Position numbers and translations under genes: made by a program. Below the pieces are notes generated by a model. The model was not told the DNA's origin, ran no database searches, and saw nothing but the letters and a program-made list of their open reading frames with translations. From an uncultured Succiniclasticum sp. (GTDB taxonomy: Bacteria; Bacillota; Negativicutes; Acidaminococcales; Acidaminococcaceae), in contig CAJOKZ010000021.1 in assembly GCA_905235335.1 (NCBI GenBank), positions 23,622-87,621 on the forward strand: DNA of 64,000 nt, read 5' to 3'. Positions 1-9,887 of this stretch are shown here, piece by piece. How positions within the stretch are numbered: the first letter of the stretch is position 1; the number at the start of each line of letters is the position of its first letter.

Positions 1-998
1 CCACCACCAGCAGGAAATCTTTAGGAAAATAATTCACCAGTGTAAAAGGCGCTTCCCCTGCCTTACGGTTATCCATATGCCGGGAATAATTTTCGATACC
101 GCTGCAATAGCCCATCTCTTCCATCATTTCCAGATCATATTTCGTCCGCTGTTCCAGCCGCTGGGCCTCCAACAGTTTCCCCTCACCCTTCAGCTGCGCC
201 AGCCGTTCCTTTAACTCCATGCGGATATCCGCCATGGCACGCTCCATGTTTTCCTTGCTGGTCACATAATGGGAAGCCGGAAAGATGGCCACATGGTTTC
301 GCTTTGACACGACTTCCCCGGTAAGCACGTCGACTTCCATCAGCTGCTCTACTTCATCATCAAACATCTCGATACGAACCGCTTTTTCCCCATAGCCTGC
401 AGGAATTACTTCAATGACATCCCCACGAACCCGGAACGTGCCCCGATGAAAATCAATGTCATTACGGGTGTACTGGTTCTCCACCAGCTTGCGCAAAATG
501 GCATTGCGTTCAATGACCTGCCCCACCCGCAAAGATACTACAGAATCATAGTAGTCCTGGGGACCGCCAAGTCCATAAATACAGCTGACACTCAATCACG
601 TCTCTCCGTTCAAACAGGGCACTGGTGGCGCTATGCCGCAATTTATCAATCTCGTCATTGACGGAAGAATCTTTTTCAATATAGGTATCAGTCTGAGGAA
701 TATAAGCTTCCGGCTGATAGTAATCGTAATACGAAACAAAATATTCCACCGCGTTATCAGGGAAAAACGCCTTCAGCTCACTGGCCAACTGGGCCGCCAG
801 CGTTTTATTGTGGGCAAGCACCAGCGTAGGCCGCTGCACCTTGTTGATAACCTGCGCAATGGTATAAGTCTTGCCGGTACCCGTAGCACCCAGCAGCACC
901 TGCGCCTTCATGCCTTTTTCAACGCCTGCTGCCAGTTTCTCGATAGCCCGGGGCTGATCGCCCGCCGGCTGGAAGGGGGCTTTGATTGCAAAATCCAT
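1..998 (-). pseudogene. uvrB: excinuclease ABC subunit B (UvrB). The 5' end is complete and the 3' end lies beyond the window. The reading frame is broken near nt 590-596 (pseudogene or assembly error).
   Basis: ORF 998->546 reads [30 protein letters not shown] (Walker A)..[24 protein letters not shown] and then goes out of frame to a stop at 546. The +1 frame from nt 589 down to nt 1 continues [50 protein letters not shown] with no stop. Confidence 0.85.
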
Positions 999-1025
999 AG
1001 GGACCTCGTTGTGTTTAAATTCTTA

Positions 1026-1778
1026 TTACTTCAGTACCAACCCGACCGGGCAGTGGTCGCTGCCGAACACGTCCGTGTAAATCAGGCTGTCTTCAATTTT
1101 TTCCTGCCAGCGATTGGACACCAACCAATAGTCGATACGCCACCCGGCGTTGTTCTGGCGAGCGCGGAACCGATAGGACCACCAGGAGTAAACACCTTCT
1201 TTATCCGGATACAGATAGCGGAAGGAATCCGTAAACCCGGAAGCCAACAGTTCGGTCAGCTTGGCCCGTTCCTCGTCGGTGAAGCCCGCGTTACCCCGGT
1301 TCGTCTTCCAGTTTTTTAAGTCAATATTATTGTGGGCCACGTTTAAATCCCCGCAGACAAGCACCGGCTTCTTTCTGTCCAATGCCAGCAAATAAGAGCG
1401 AAAATCATCCTCCCACACCTGCCGGTAGGCCAGCCGGGTCAGCCCGTCCTGGGAATTTGGCGTATACACATTCACCAGATAAAATTCCGGAAATTCGCAG
1501 GTAATGACACGACCTTCACGATCATGTTCCTCGATACCAATGCCATAGGCTACCTGCAACGGTTCCTCTTTCGTAAACACCGCTGTGCCGGAGTAGCCTT
1601 TTTTCTCCGCGCTGTTCCAGTATTCGTAGTATCCGGGAAAATCAAAGGTTGCCTGTTCCCGCTGCATCTTGGTCTCCTGCACGCAGAAAATTTCTGCGTC
1701 TGTCTGCGCCATAAAATCAGCAAAGCCTTTATTCATACAGGCCCGCAGCCCGTTTACATTCCAGGAAATCAGTTTCAT
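1026..1778 (-). CDS. xth: exodeoxyribonuclease III (AP endonuclease)
   Basis: MKLISWNVNGLRA.., QETK, CGDLNVAHNNIDL and SDHCPV are ExoIII/EEP family motifs. I chose the internal ATG (MKLISWN) with GGAG upstream. ATGs at 1781 and 1790 are also possible starts. Confidence 0.9.
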   Translation of the reverse strand: MKLISWNVNGLRACMNKGFADFMAQTDAEIFCVQETKMQREQATFDFPGYYEYWNSAEKKGYSGTAVFTKEEPLQVAYGIGIEEHDREGRVITCEFPEFYLVNVYTPNSQDGLTRLAYRQVWEDDFRSYLLALDRKKPVLVCGDLNVAHNNIDLKNWKTNRGNAGFTDEERAKLTELLASGFTDSFRYLYPDKEGVYSWWSYRFRARQNNAGWRIDYWLVSNRWQEKIEDSLIYTDVFGSDHCPVGLVLK

Positions 1779-1841
1779 CATTCGCTCCATTCCGCCGCAA
1801 TCGCCGCGGCACATCCTTACAGATGCATTGCAAATCCTTCC

Positions 1842-3065
1842 TCACACCACCTGTAAAATATAAAACTTCAAATAATTTGTCTCCGGCGCATTCCACAAAA
1901 TCGGATGATCCGGCGCCTGCTGACGTGCTTCAATCTGCCTCACCTGCACATGTGCTTCCGCTGCCGCATCTTGCAACATTTGTACAAACAGTTCTTCCTT
2001 CATAAAATGAGAACAGCTGCAAGTGGCCAGATATCCGCCCCGTGGCAACAGTTTCATGGCTTTCATGTTGATATCCTTGTAGCCTGAGGTTGCATTACGC
2101 ACCGTTTTCCGGCTTTTGGTAAAGGCCGGCGGATCCAGGATGATAAAATCGTAATCCCGGCTATGCTCTGCTTCCAGCTTGTCCAGCAATGCGAACACAT
2201 CAGCCTGTACTACATCCATCCGATCCGCCACGTTGTTCTTCTCCGCGTTCCGCTCCGTCATGCGGCAGGCCTCGCCGCTTACATCCACCGCCGTCACATG
2301 AACTGCGCCGCCTTTCGCCGCATTCAGAGCAAAACTTCCCGTATGGGTGAAGCAGTCCAGCACATGTTTCCCTTTTGCAATACGGGCTACACTTTGCCGG
2401 TTGTATTTCTGATCCAGAAAGAATCCCGTCTTTTGCCCGTTCTCCACATCCACATCATAAAAAATGCCGTTTTCGCAAATTGTCGTAACTGGAGATACAG
2501 GCAATTCTTCTCCTTTCAGGGGGAACCAGCCCTTTCCTTCCTCCATGCCCTCCAACAAACGGATCTTCACATCGTTTCGCTCGTACACGCCTGCAATGGT
2601 TTCCCCATCCTCACGCAGCAGTTTTACCAGCTGGGGGATCAGCATAGCCTTACGCTGTTCCATGCCTAAGGACAGGGTCTGGATCACCAGCAGATCATTG
2701 TAACGATCCACCGTCCAACCTGGAAACTGATCCGCTTCACCGAAAATCAGGCGGCAGCATTTGTAATCCTCCCCTGGCATCACTGTTTTGCGGTAAGCCA
2801 ACGCATAACGCAGCCGCCGTTCCCAAAAGGCTTCGTCAAATTTATCGTTGGTATTGGTACTGATCATGCGTACACGAATCTTACTGCAATCATTGACGAA
2901 CCCTGTACCCAGATATTTTCCCTTATCCGTAACCACATCCACAAGGCCTCCGTTTTCACAGAAGCCTTCCACCTTCATCACTTCTTCTCCATACACCCAA
3001 GGATGCCCGGCCCGGGCGGCCCGTTCCCCTTTTTTGGTAATATAAAATTTCGGATAGTTTCGCAT
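1842..3065 (-). CDS. class I SAM-dependent rRNA (cytosine-C5) methyltransferase, RlmI-like (PUA + MTase)
   Basis: N-terminal PUA-like region (GHPWVY..). VLDCFTHTGSFALNAA is SAM motif I and FDFIILDPPAF is motif IV. The start at MRNYPKF has an AAGGAG RBS. Confidence 0.8.
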   Translation of the reverse strand: MRNYPKFYITKKGERAARAGHPWVYGEEVMKVEGFCENGGLVDVVTDKGKYLGTGFVNDCSKIRVRMISTNTNDKFDEAFWERRLRYALAYRKTVMPGEDYKCCRLIFGEADQFPGWTVDRYNDLLVIQTLSLGMEQRKAMLIPQLVKLLREDGETIAGVYERNDVKIRLLEGMEEGKGWFPLKGEELPVSPVTTICENGIFYDVDVENGQKTGFFLDQKYNRQSVARIAKGKHVLDCFTHTGSFALNAAKGGAVHVTAVDVSGEACRMTERNAEKNNVADRMDVVQADVFALLDKLEAEHSRDYDFIILDPPAFTKSRKTVRNATSGYKDINMKAMKLLPRGGYLATCSCSHFMKEELFVQMLQDAAAEAHVQVRQIEARQQAPDHPILWNAPETNYLKFYILQVV

Positions 3066-3277
3066 GGTTCTCCTTTGCGCGTTTCCATTCACTTTTTTCT
3101 TTACATTTTCACATGATTGTCTTAAAGTAAATTATACCATAATATTTGTATCGGAAAAACAGCAGTAACTTTAATTGAATAAAAAGCTGCTGATATAGAA
3201 CTTCACAAAGCCCGTATGCTTGCCAGCACTTCCCATCAGCTTTTTCTTTCAAATGTTTATCAGAAAGGCTTTTCATC

Positions 3278-4075
3278 ATGAAATACAGTCACATCGTTCA
3301 CGGCATTTTCCTGAATCGTCCCAACCGTTTCATCGCCCACGTGCAGATAAACGGCAGGGAAGAAATTTGCCATGTAAAGAATACCGGCCGCTGCCGGGAA
3401 CTGTTAGTGCCGGGTTGCACAGTCTATTGCAACCTCAGCGACAACCCGAAGCGCAAAACAAAATATGATCTGATTGCAGTGGAAAAGAAGTTGAACAACC
3501 ACGTCAGTCTTGCATCAGCCGACGAAAACTTTCCCGAAATTAAAAACTCCCTGCTCATCAACATGGACTCCCAGGCTCCTAACACAGCCGTAAAAGAATG
3601 GCTGTCTTCCAGCTCATCACCCTTTGGAAACATAGATTTTCTGAAACCTGAATGCAAATTTGGCAGTTCCCGTTTTGATTTTTATTTGGAATGTAAAAAT
3701 AGAAACAACATGACAAATCAAAACACAAACAGCAAAGTTATACATGAAGATCGCACCTGCAAAATTTTCATCGAAGTAAAAGGTGTCACGTTGGAAGAAA
3801 ACGGTGTTGTCATGTTTCCAGACGCGCCTACCGAACGGGGTGTGAAACATATCTATGAACTGATCCGGTGCCACGCAGAAGGTTTTGAAACCTATGTCAT
3901 CTTTGTCGTTCAGATGGCGCAAGCCGATTACTTTTCCCCCAATCGGAAAACGCACCCTCAATTCGCAGATGCGCTATATGAGGCAAAACGGTCCGGCGTT
4001 CAATTACTGGCTTATACCTGCGCCGTTACACCGGATAAAATGAAGATAGATAAACCGTTACCTATTAAATTGTGA
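3278..4075 (+). CDS. sfsA: sugar fermentation stimulation protein SfsA (nuclease-fold DNA-binding protein)
   Basis: RPNRFIA..V.., H..NTGR..ELL.PG, FIEVKGVTL and FPDAPTERGVKH follow the SfsA family pattern. The protein carries two extra insertions relative to E. coli SfsA. Confidence 0.85.
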   Translation: MKYSHIVHGIFLNRPNRFIAHVQINGREEICHVKNTGRCRELLVPGCTVYCNLSDNPKRKTKYDLIAVEKKLNNHVSLASADENFPEIKNSLLINMDSQAPNTAVKEWLSSSSSPFGNIDFLKPECKFGSSRFDFYLECKNRNNMTNQNTNSKVIHEDRTCKIFIEVKGVTLEENGVVMFPDAPTERGVKHIYELIRCHAEGFETYVIFVVQMAQADYFSPNRKTHPQFADALYEAKRSGVQLLAYTCAVTPDKMKIDKPLPIKL

Positions 4076-4407
4076 AATAAGCACCAGAACAAATATCGTT
4101 AAAAGCCCCTACATTAAGCGCGTCTTGAAACCCAAAAAAGAACAACAGCCTGAAAATTTATGCCGTAACAGGCAAATTTCTTACAGTCTTTTTGCCGTAA
4201 TCGGAATCACCATCTACCATTTAAGCCGTTCGTGTCATGGTAGATTTTCTTTTTTAGGTTCCTTATCTTAAAAAATTTCCGGTGAAAAGAAAAGCCCAAC
4301 TCCGATTTTATCAGAATTGAGCTTACGTGAATGACATTGACCTTAAAGGGAAATCGAATTTGTTTATTTGCTATAAATAATGCGGCGACAACCGTTTCCT
4401 TTCCCTA

Positions 4408-5451
4408 TCAAAATGGATTTGCCAGCAGTCCCACCTTCTTTTTCACTTTGGCCAGCGTGCGGTCAGAAATACGCTGGGCCGTCTCCGCCCCCGCTGTGTA
4501 GGTGGCTTCCAGATACGCCTTGTCATCCATCAGGCGGGCAAAGTTTTCACGGACCGGCCGCAGTTCCTCTGATACCGCTTCCCCTACTGCCAACTTAAAG
4601 TCGCCGTAGCCTTTGCCTGTAAATTCGTCTTCAATCTGTTCGTAAGTTTTGCCGGTGACAACAGAATAAATGGTCATCAGGTTGTTGATGCCGTCCTTGC
4701 CTTCTCTGAACATAACTTTAGCCTCACTGTCCGTCACCGCACTGCGGAACTTTCGGATGATAGTATCGTGGTCATCCAGGATGGAGATAAAGGATTTAGG
4801 ATTGGTATCGGACTTGGACATCTTCTTCACCGGCTCCTGCAGGGACATAATCTTCGCCCCTTCCGGCGGCAGATAAGCTTCCGGAAGCCGGAAAGTGTTG
4901 CCGTACAAATTGTTAAAACGCTGGGCCACGTTTCTCGTAAATTCCAGATGCTGGGTCTGGTCAGCGCCAACCGGTACATAATCCGCCTGATACAGTAGAA
5001 TATCCGCCGCCATGAGGGACGGATAGGTGAATAGACCTGCGTTTATATTATCCGCATGCTTGGCGGACTTATCTTTAAACTGTGTCATGCGGGAAAGCTC
5101 CCCGAACAGGGAATTGCAGGCCAGGATCCACCCCAGTTCCGCATGGTTATGGACATGGCTCTGGATGAACAACAGGCTTTTCTGCGGATTGATGCCACAG
5201 GCCATCAGAAGGGCAAAAGCCTCCAGGCTCTGCTTCCGCAATTTCGCAGTTTCCTGGCGGATGGTCAACGAATGCAGATCCGCGATAAAATACGCGCACT
5301 GGTAGTCTTCCTGCAATTGTTCCCAGTTGCGCACTGCGCCGATATAGTTTCCCAGTGTGAAAATCCCAGTAGGCTGGATGCCGCTGAGAATAATTTTTTT
5401 CCGTTCACTTACCTGTATTTCCTGTTTTATTTCTTCTGCCAAATCAAACAC
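4408..5451 (-). CDS. trpS: tryptophan--tRNA ligase
   Basis: Class I aaRS with SGIQPTG..TLGNYIG (HIGH-like) and KMSKS. Length and order match TrpRS. Confidence 0.95.
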   Translation of the reverse strand: MFDLAEEIKQEIQVSERKKIILSGIQPTGIFTLGNYIGAVRNWEQLQEDYQCAYFIADLHSLTIRQETAKLRKQSLEAFALLMACGINPQKSLLFIQSHVHNHAELGWILACNSLFGELSRMTQFKDKSAKHADNINAGLFTYPSLMAADILLYQADYVPVGADQTQHLEFTRNVAQRFNNLYGNTFRLPEAYLPPEGAKIMSLQEPVKKMSKSDTNPKSFISILDDHDTIIRKFRSAVTDSEAKVMFREGKDGINNLMTIYSVVTGKTYEQIEDEFTGKGYGDFKLAVGEAVSEELRPVRENFARLMDDKAYLEATYTAGAETAQRISDRTLAKVKKKVGLLANPF

Positions 5452-5709
5452 TCCTGTCTAAAATTAAAAAATCATTTTTAAAGAAACCGTTTTAAAATCT
5501 TTTGACTGTCTCGCTGACCTGCAAGTTCACTCCAAACCTTATGCATGCACAGTATTAATCTGCATTTTCATTATTTACCATTTCGCTTTATTATAATCTA
5601 TTTTTTCCTTTTTTTCTACTGTTTCTAAAATAAATTCAAATTGCGGAAAAACAGCGTTATGCTATAATAAACTTAATTGTAATAAAATTGTTATGAAAGA
5701 AGTTATACT

Positions 5710-6612
5710 ATGCAACAAAACAAAAAGTTTGGGTTTTTGTCTGCCTTAGGCTGCTATGTGCTCTGGGGTATTCTGCCTTTGTACTGGCATATGCTGGCAC
5801 AGGCGGAATCCAACGAGATATTGGCCCATCGGATCCTATGGTCGCTGATTTTCATGCTAATCATCGTGGCCCTCACCGGTCGCATGAAACGGCTGAGGGA
5901 TGACTGCCATGACCTTTGGCGGAACAAGAAGCGCGGTGCGCTGCTGGTGGCCGCCGCCATCATTATCAGCATGAACTGGCTGACCTATATCTGGGCTGTC
6001 AACCACAACCATGTCATCGACAGCAGCATCGGCTATTACATTAATCCGCTGGTGAACGTACTGTTCGGCGTAGTGATTTTCAAGGAGACCCTTTCCAGAC
6101 CGAAAAAACTCAGCATCGCCCTTGCCGCCATCGGCATCTTCCTGATGACCTGGCAGATCGGGAAACTTCCCTGGGTCTCCGTAGCACTGGCTCTTACTTT
6201 CGGAAGCTACGGCGCCTTGAAAAAAACACTGAAGCTGGATCCTTTTACCAGTATCACACTGGAGACCCTGTTGCTGTTTCCATTTGCTTTCTGTTACACG
6301 TCAGTCCTGACTGCTGCCGGGAAGGCCCACTTCGGTCCGGCTACCCCCATTCTCAGCTTGCTGTTGGCCGGAGCCGGTGTCGCCACCGCTATTCCCCTGA
6401 TCCTGTTCTCCTATGGGGCCAACTTGCTGCCCCTGAACGTGTTAGGGTTTTTCCAGTACATCAGCCCCACCATGACACTGCTGCTGGGAATTTTCTTTTT
6501 TAACGAGCCCTTCGGTGCGACCCAATTCATCACCTTTGGTTTTATCTGGCTCGCTCTCCTCGTGTTCAGTATTTCGGAATGGAAGACTGCACGCAGACAA
6601 CAAAAACCATAA
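5710..6612 (+). CDS. rarD: EamA/RarD family transporter
   Basis: About 10 TM helices. The N-terminus GFLSALGCYVLWGILPLYW and the motif ILAHRILWS are typical of RarD. Confidence 0.8.
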   Translation: MQQNKKFGFLSALGCYVLWGILPLYWHMLAQAESNEILAHRILWSLIFMLIIVALTGRMKRLRDDCHDLWRNKKRGALLVAAAIIISMNWLTYIWAVNHNHVIDSSIGYYINPLVNVLFGVVIFKETLSRPKKLSIALAAIGIFLMTWQIGKLPWVSVALALTFGSYGALKKTLKLDPFTSITLETLLLFPFAFCYTSVLTAAGKAHFGPATPILSLLLAGAGVATAIPLILFSYGANLLPLNVLGFFQYISPTMTLLLGIFFFNEPFGATQFITFGFIWLALLVFSISEWKTARRQQKP

Positions 6613-6643
6613 TGTTCGCGGAATTTGTTCCATATTTACAAAA

Positions 6644-6682
6644 ACAGGCACCCTGCTAAAAAGCAGAGCGCCTGTTTTTTTA
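6644..6682. terminator. bidirectional rho-independent terminator between convergent rarD and the metallophosphoesterase gene
   Basis: The arms acaggcaccctgc / gcagagcgcctgt form an imperfect stem. It is flanked by an A-run upstream and T7 downstream. Confidence 0.7.
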
Positions 6683-6690
6683 CCTGATTC

Positions 6691-7794
6691 TTATTTCAAT
6701 GTGATTACCACAATTTCAGGCGTGCTTCCAATTCTGACCGGACTACCCCACAGTCCATAGCCGCACGATACCACACCCATCATGTTCCCGAACTTTTTGC
6801 TGCCATAGTCCAACTGGTACATGCGTCGTGTCAAAAGGTTCAAAGGCGCCTGCTGTCCGCCATGGGTATGGCCGCACATGTACAAGTCATAACCCGCCTT
6901 CTCCGCCTCAGTAAACCGCCGTGGCTGGTGATCAAGCAACAGGTTCGCCCTGAAAGGATCCTTCCCTGCAAGGGCTTCCAAATGGGGATTAACCGGTTCA
7001 GCCCTGAAATCTTCCAGTCCCACCAGATGGATGCCGCAGGGCAGATCCACAGCTTCATCTATCAAAATACGGATCCCCACAGAGCGAAGCATTTCGATCT
7101 CCGGTTGCATGTTTTTGGTAATGTGGTCATGGTTGCCCGGGATGGCATATACTCCGTAATTGCTTTTTATATTCCGTAACGGCTCATAACTCTTTTCCCG
7201 CAGCAGATAATCCGGGCTGTTATCTACCTGATCCCCGCCAAAGAGGACTATATCCGCTTCCTGTCGGTTAATCCGCCCGGTCAGTTCTTCCGCATACTTT
7301 CTACCGAAAAGTGTACCTAAATGGATGTCTGTCACCAGCACAATCCTGACAGGTTTCGCCAGATGTTTTCCCGTGTCATGTTCCACCTGACGCACCACTG
7401 GATGCAGCGCATTCCAGCCCCCGTATGCGAGGATGGCCATAACCAAAATAAAAGCCCCTTTTGCATACAGCGAATAAATATGCCGCCAGACTTCTCCTCC
7501 CCCCATTGCTGCGCCCGCAATCCGCAGCAGGATAAACAAAATTCCAACATAGGCGGAGTAATGGAAAAAAGCCAGCCAGTATCCTCCCAGATAGGCAACA
7601 GGCCGAAGAACCGAAGGATCGATCCCCAGTCCCGGACCCCATACGTTCACCGCACAGAATAGCAACGGGAGCATCAAAAGAAAAAATAAAACAGAAGCGT
7701 GGTTTAGAAAAGTAAAACCACGCCGGTACATCAGCCAGTATAAACCGGCCAGCAGAACTCCTACTGCTGACCAGACAAGAATAAAAGGTCGCAT
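6691..7794 (-). CDS. membrane-anchored metallophosphoesterase (YkuE-like)
   Basis: N-terminal TM helices followed by the calcineurin-like motifs VTDIHLG, GGDQVD, GNHDH and GHTHGGQ. Confidence 0.8.
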   Translation of the reverse strand: MRPFILVWSAVGVLLAGLYWLMYRRGFTFLNHASVLFFLLMLPLLFCAVNVWGPGLGIDPSVLRPVAYLGGYWLAFFHYSAYVGILFILLRIAGAAMGGGEVWRHIYSLYAKGAFILVMAILAYGGWNALHPVVRQVEHDTGKHLAKPVRIVLVTDIHLGTLFGRKYAEELTGRINRQEADIVLFGGDQVDNSPDYLLREKSYEPLRNIKSNYGVYAIPGNHDHITKNMQPEIEMLRSVGIRILIDEAVDLPCGIHLVGLEDFRAEPVNPHLEALAGKDPFRANLLLDHQPRRFTEAEKAGYDLYMCGHTHGGQQAPLNLLTRRMYQLDYGSKKFGNMMGVVSCGYGLWGSPVRIGSTPEIVVITLK

Positions 7795-7855
7795 GATTAA
7801 TTGGGGTTCCTCTGTGTCAAATAACGAAATAATCTAGCAATCCAATCGTGTCTTA

Positions 7856-8626
7856 TCAGTTTTGTTTCCGGATCTCATCCAGCAGGAATTCATTTTTAAT
7901 CCGGATATATGTGCCTTTCATGCCGAGGGATTTGGTTTCGATCAGGTTCGCGCTTTCAAATTTACGCATAGCATTGACTATCACCGAACGGGTAATGCCC
8001 ACCCTGTCGGCCACCTTGGAGGCTACCAGGATTCCTTCCTCCCCTTTCAGTTCTGCCAATATATTTACGATGGCTTCCCATTCCGAAAAGGAAAGCGTGG
8101 AAAAAGCGATCTGCACCATAGCTTTCTTCCGAGCATTCTCCTGAATCAGGACTTCCCGTTCGCGCAGTATCTCCACACCGATAACAGCGGCAGCATATTC
8201 TGCCAAAAGTAAGTCATCATCATTGAAGTCTCTGTCATACCGGGCCAAAATCAGTGTAGCGATCCGTTCTCCATTTCCATTGACGGGAACGATGGTAGTC
8301 CGCTTATCTCCATACAAACATTTCTTTGCATCATCAAAGGAGCACATATGTTCCTTGTGGCTGATGTTAGACAGGGTTTCCGTGGTATCCTTCACCAGAT
8401 TCATATATTTCGGTGGAAAACACTGCCCCTCCAGCACCATATCGCGCATAATATCGCATTCAAAGCCATCCTGAAGTCCGTAACCCAATATAGTACCATC
8501 TACATCGATCACGTATACATTACTTGAAATCAGGTTTTCCAATAACAGAGCGACTTCCCTGAACTTTACAACCTCTCCGTTTTGCATCAGCCTGTTCAGT
8601 TTACGGGCCTTTTCCAGCAGTTTCAT
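7856..8626 (-). CDS. codY: GTP/BCAA-sensing pleiotropic repressor CodY
   Basis: MKLLEKARKLNRL.. N-terminus (GAF domain). C-terminal wHTH ASKVADRVGITRSVIVNAMRKFESA. GGAGGTG RBS lies 5 nt upstream of the ATG at 8626. Confidence 0.9.
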   Translation of the reverse strand: MKLLEKARKLNRLMQNGEVVKFREVALLLENLISSNVYVIDVDGTILGYGLQDGFECDIMRDMVLEGQCFPPKYMNLVKDTTETLSNISHKEHMCSFDDAKKCLYGDKRTTIVPVNGNGERIATLILARYDRDFNDDDLLLAEYAAAVIGVEILREREVLIQENARKKAMVQIAFSTLSFSEWEAIVNILAELKGEEGILVASKVADRVGITRSVIVNAMRKFESANLIETKSLGMKGTYIRIKNEFLLDEIRKQN

Positions 8627-8722
8627 TAACGCACCTCCATCTGCCAAGCAATTCTGCAGATACACCAGTCCTATTTTACTGTCTGTGAGTAACATCACAG
8701 ACAAGACGACCAACTTTTCCGC

Positions 8723-9625
8723 TTATGCCCTTGGAAAATTTTTCTGATAAACTTTATTGATACGCTCATTGGTAATATGCGTATATATCTGTGTTGTTGA
8801 TAGACTGGCATGTCCCAGCAGTTCCTGAACCGCCCGCAGATCCGCCCCGTGCTCCAGCAAGTGGGTGGCAAAGGTATGGCGGATTGTATGAGGGCTTATA
8901 TTTTTCTGCAGGGCCAGTTTCTGCACATATTTGTCCAAAATCCGGCGGACGCTCCGATCCGTTAGCGCGCCGCCCCGATTATTGACAAATACATACTGAT
9001 GTTCCACCACCTGGTACTTTTTCATCAAGGGCGTCCGACCTCCTGCAAAATACTTCAGGAAGGAATCACGGCAGGTATGTCCAATGGGTACAATACGATC
9101 TTTGTTCCCCTTGCCGTGCAACAGGACGAACAGACCGCTCAGATCCACATCACCCAAATGCAGCCCGGCCAACTCCGATACACGGCAGCCGGTGGCGTAC
9201 AGCATTTCCAATACGGCCTGGTCTCGTAATCCCAACGGTGAGGCATCCGGCATGTTCAAAATAGAATCAATTTCCGCTTCTTCCAGAAAGACCGGGAGAC
9301 GCTTATCCAGTTTCGGCGTATGAACCTTGGCAAAAGGATTTTGTCCGATATATTCTTCCCGAAGCAAAAATTTATAAAAAGAACGGAGAGAAGATATTCT
9401 TCTGGCAATTGTACGCCGCGCATAATTTTCCTTATTCAGCCATGCGAGATAGGAACGGATATGAATGACCTGGACCTGGTCCCAGGAAAATTCTCCTCCC
9501 GCCTTCCCTTCCATGAATTTCTCAAAGTCGGTAATGTCCCGTCGATAGTTCTCACAGGTCAACCGGGATCCGTTTTTTTCCACTAGTAAAAAATTTGAAA
9601 ATTTTTCTATCCAGTCTTTGCGCAT
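8723..9625 (-). CDS. xerC: tyrosine recombinase XerC (chromosome dimer resolution)
   Basis: ARRISSLRSFYKFL, and HTIRHTFATHLLEHGADLRAVQELLGHASLSTTQIYTH with the catalytic R..H-R-H..Y. It occupies the codV-equivalent position between trmFO and codY. Confidence 0.85.
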   Translation of the reverse strand: MRKDWIEKFSNFLLVEKNGSRLTCENYRRDITDFEKFMEGKAGGEFSWDQVQVIHIRSYLAWLNKENYARRTIARRISSLRSFYKFLLREEYIGQNPFAKVHTPKLDKRLPVFLEEAEIDSILNMPDASPLGLRDQAVLEMLYATGCRVSELAGLHLGDVDLSGLFVLLHGKGNKDRIVPIGHTCRDSFLKYFAGGRTPLMKKYQVVEHQYVFVNNRGGALTDRSVRRILDKYVQKLALQKNISPHTIRHTFATHLLEHGADLRAVQELLGHASLSTTQIYTHITNERINKVYQKNFPRA

Positions 9626-9872
9626 CAGGTTTTGCGACAAAAAAAACACCCTCCCCGAACTGTGCCTGTCATGAGCCGGATCCGGCACTGACTCTTTGAA
9701 AGACCAAATGATACCGACCCATATATGTCACTAACAAAACTTTCATCTAAACGCGGAAAACACCAACACCTTAGATGTAACGCCTCAAAACAGGTTATCC
9801 CCGCTAAATCAGGTCATACAATAATATCATATATTTAGATAATAATCAAATGTCATTGTAAAATTATTTATA

Positions 9873-9887
9873 AAATTTTCTGAAATT
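9873..9887. promoter_or_regulatory. candidate CodY box upstream of xerC-codY
   Basis: AATTTTCTGAAATTT matches the CodY consensus AATTTTCWGAAAATT at 14 of 15 positions. It lies in the AT-rich 400-bp spacer upstream of xerC, about 20 bp upstream of a possible ATGACA-18-TATGAT promoter (9826-9855, minus strand). Confidence 0.5.

Noticed and set aside
633-1319. 228-aa plus-strand ORF overlapping uvrB and xth
   Set aside because: It is entirely antisense to two well-supported genes. The translation is Arg/Leu/Ile-rich with no recognisable motif and no RBS. This is a typical shadow ORF.
5452-5709. Possible T-box leader upstream of trpS
   Set aside because: I looked for the conserved T-box sequence (AGGGTGGNACCGCG or its complement) and a specifier/terminator arrangement on the minus strand. 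Neither is present. The region looks like a plain AT-rich divergent promoter spacer.
8723-9625. Tyrosine recombinase as a sign of a prophage or integrative element
   Set aside because: Its sequence and its position (trmFO-xerC-codY) match chromosomal XerC/CodV. There are no flanking phage genes, att-like repeats or a tRNA target.
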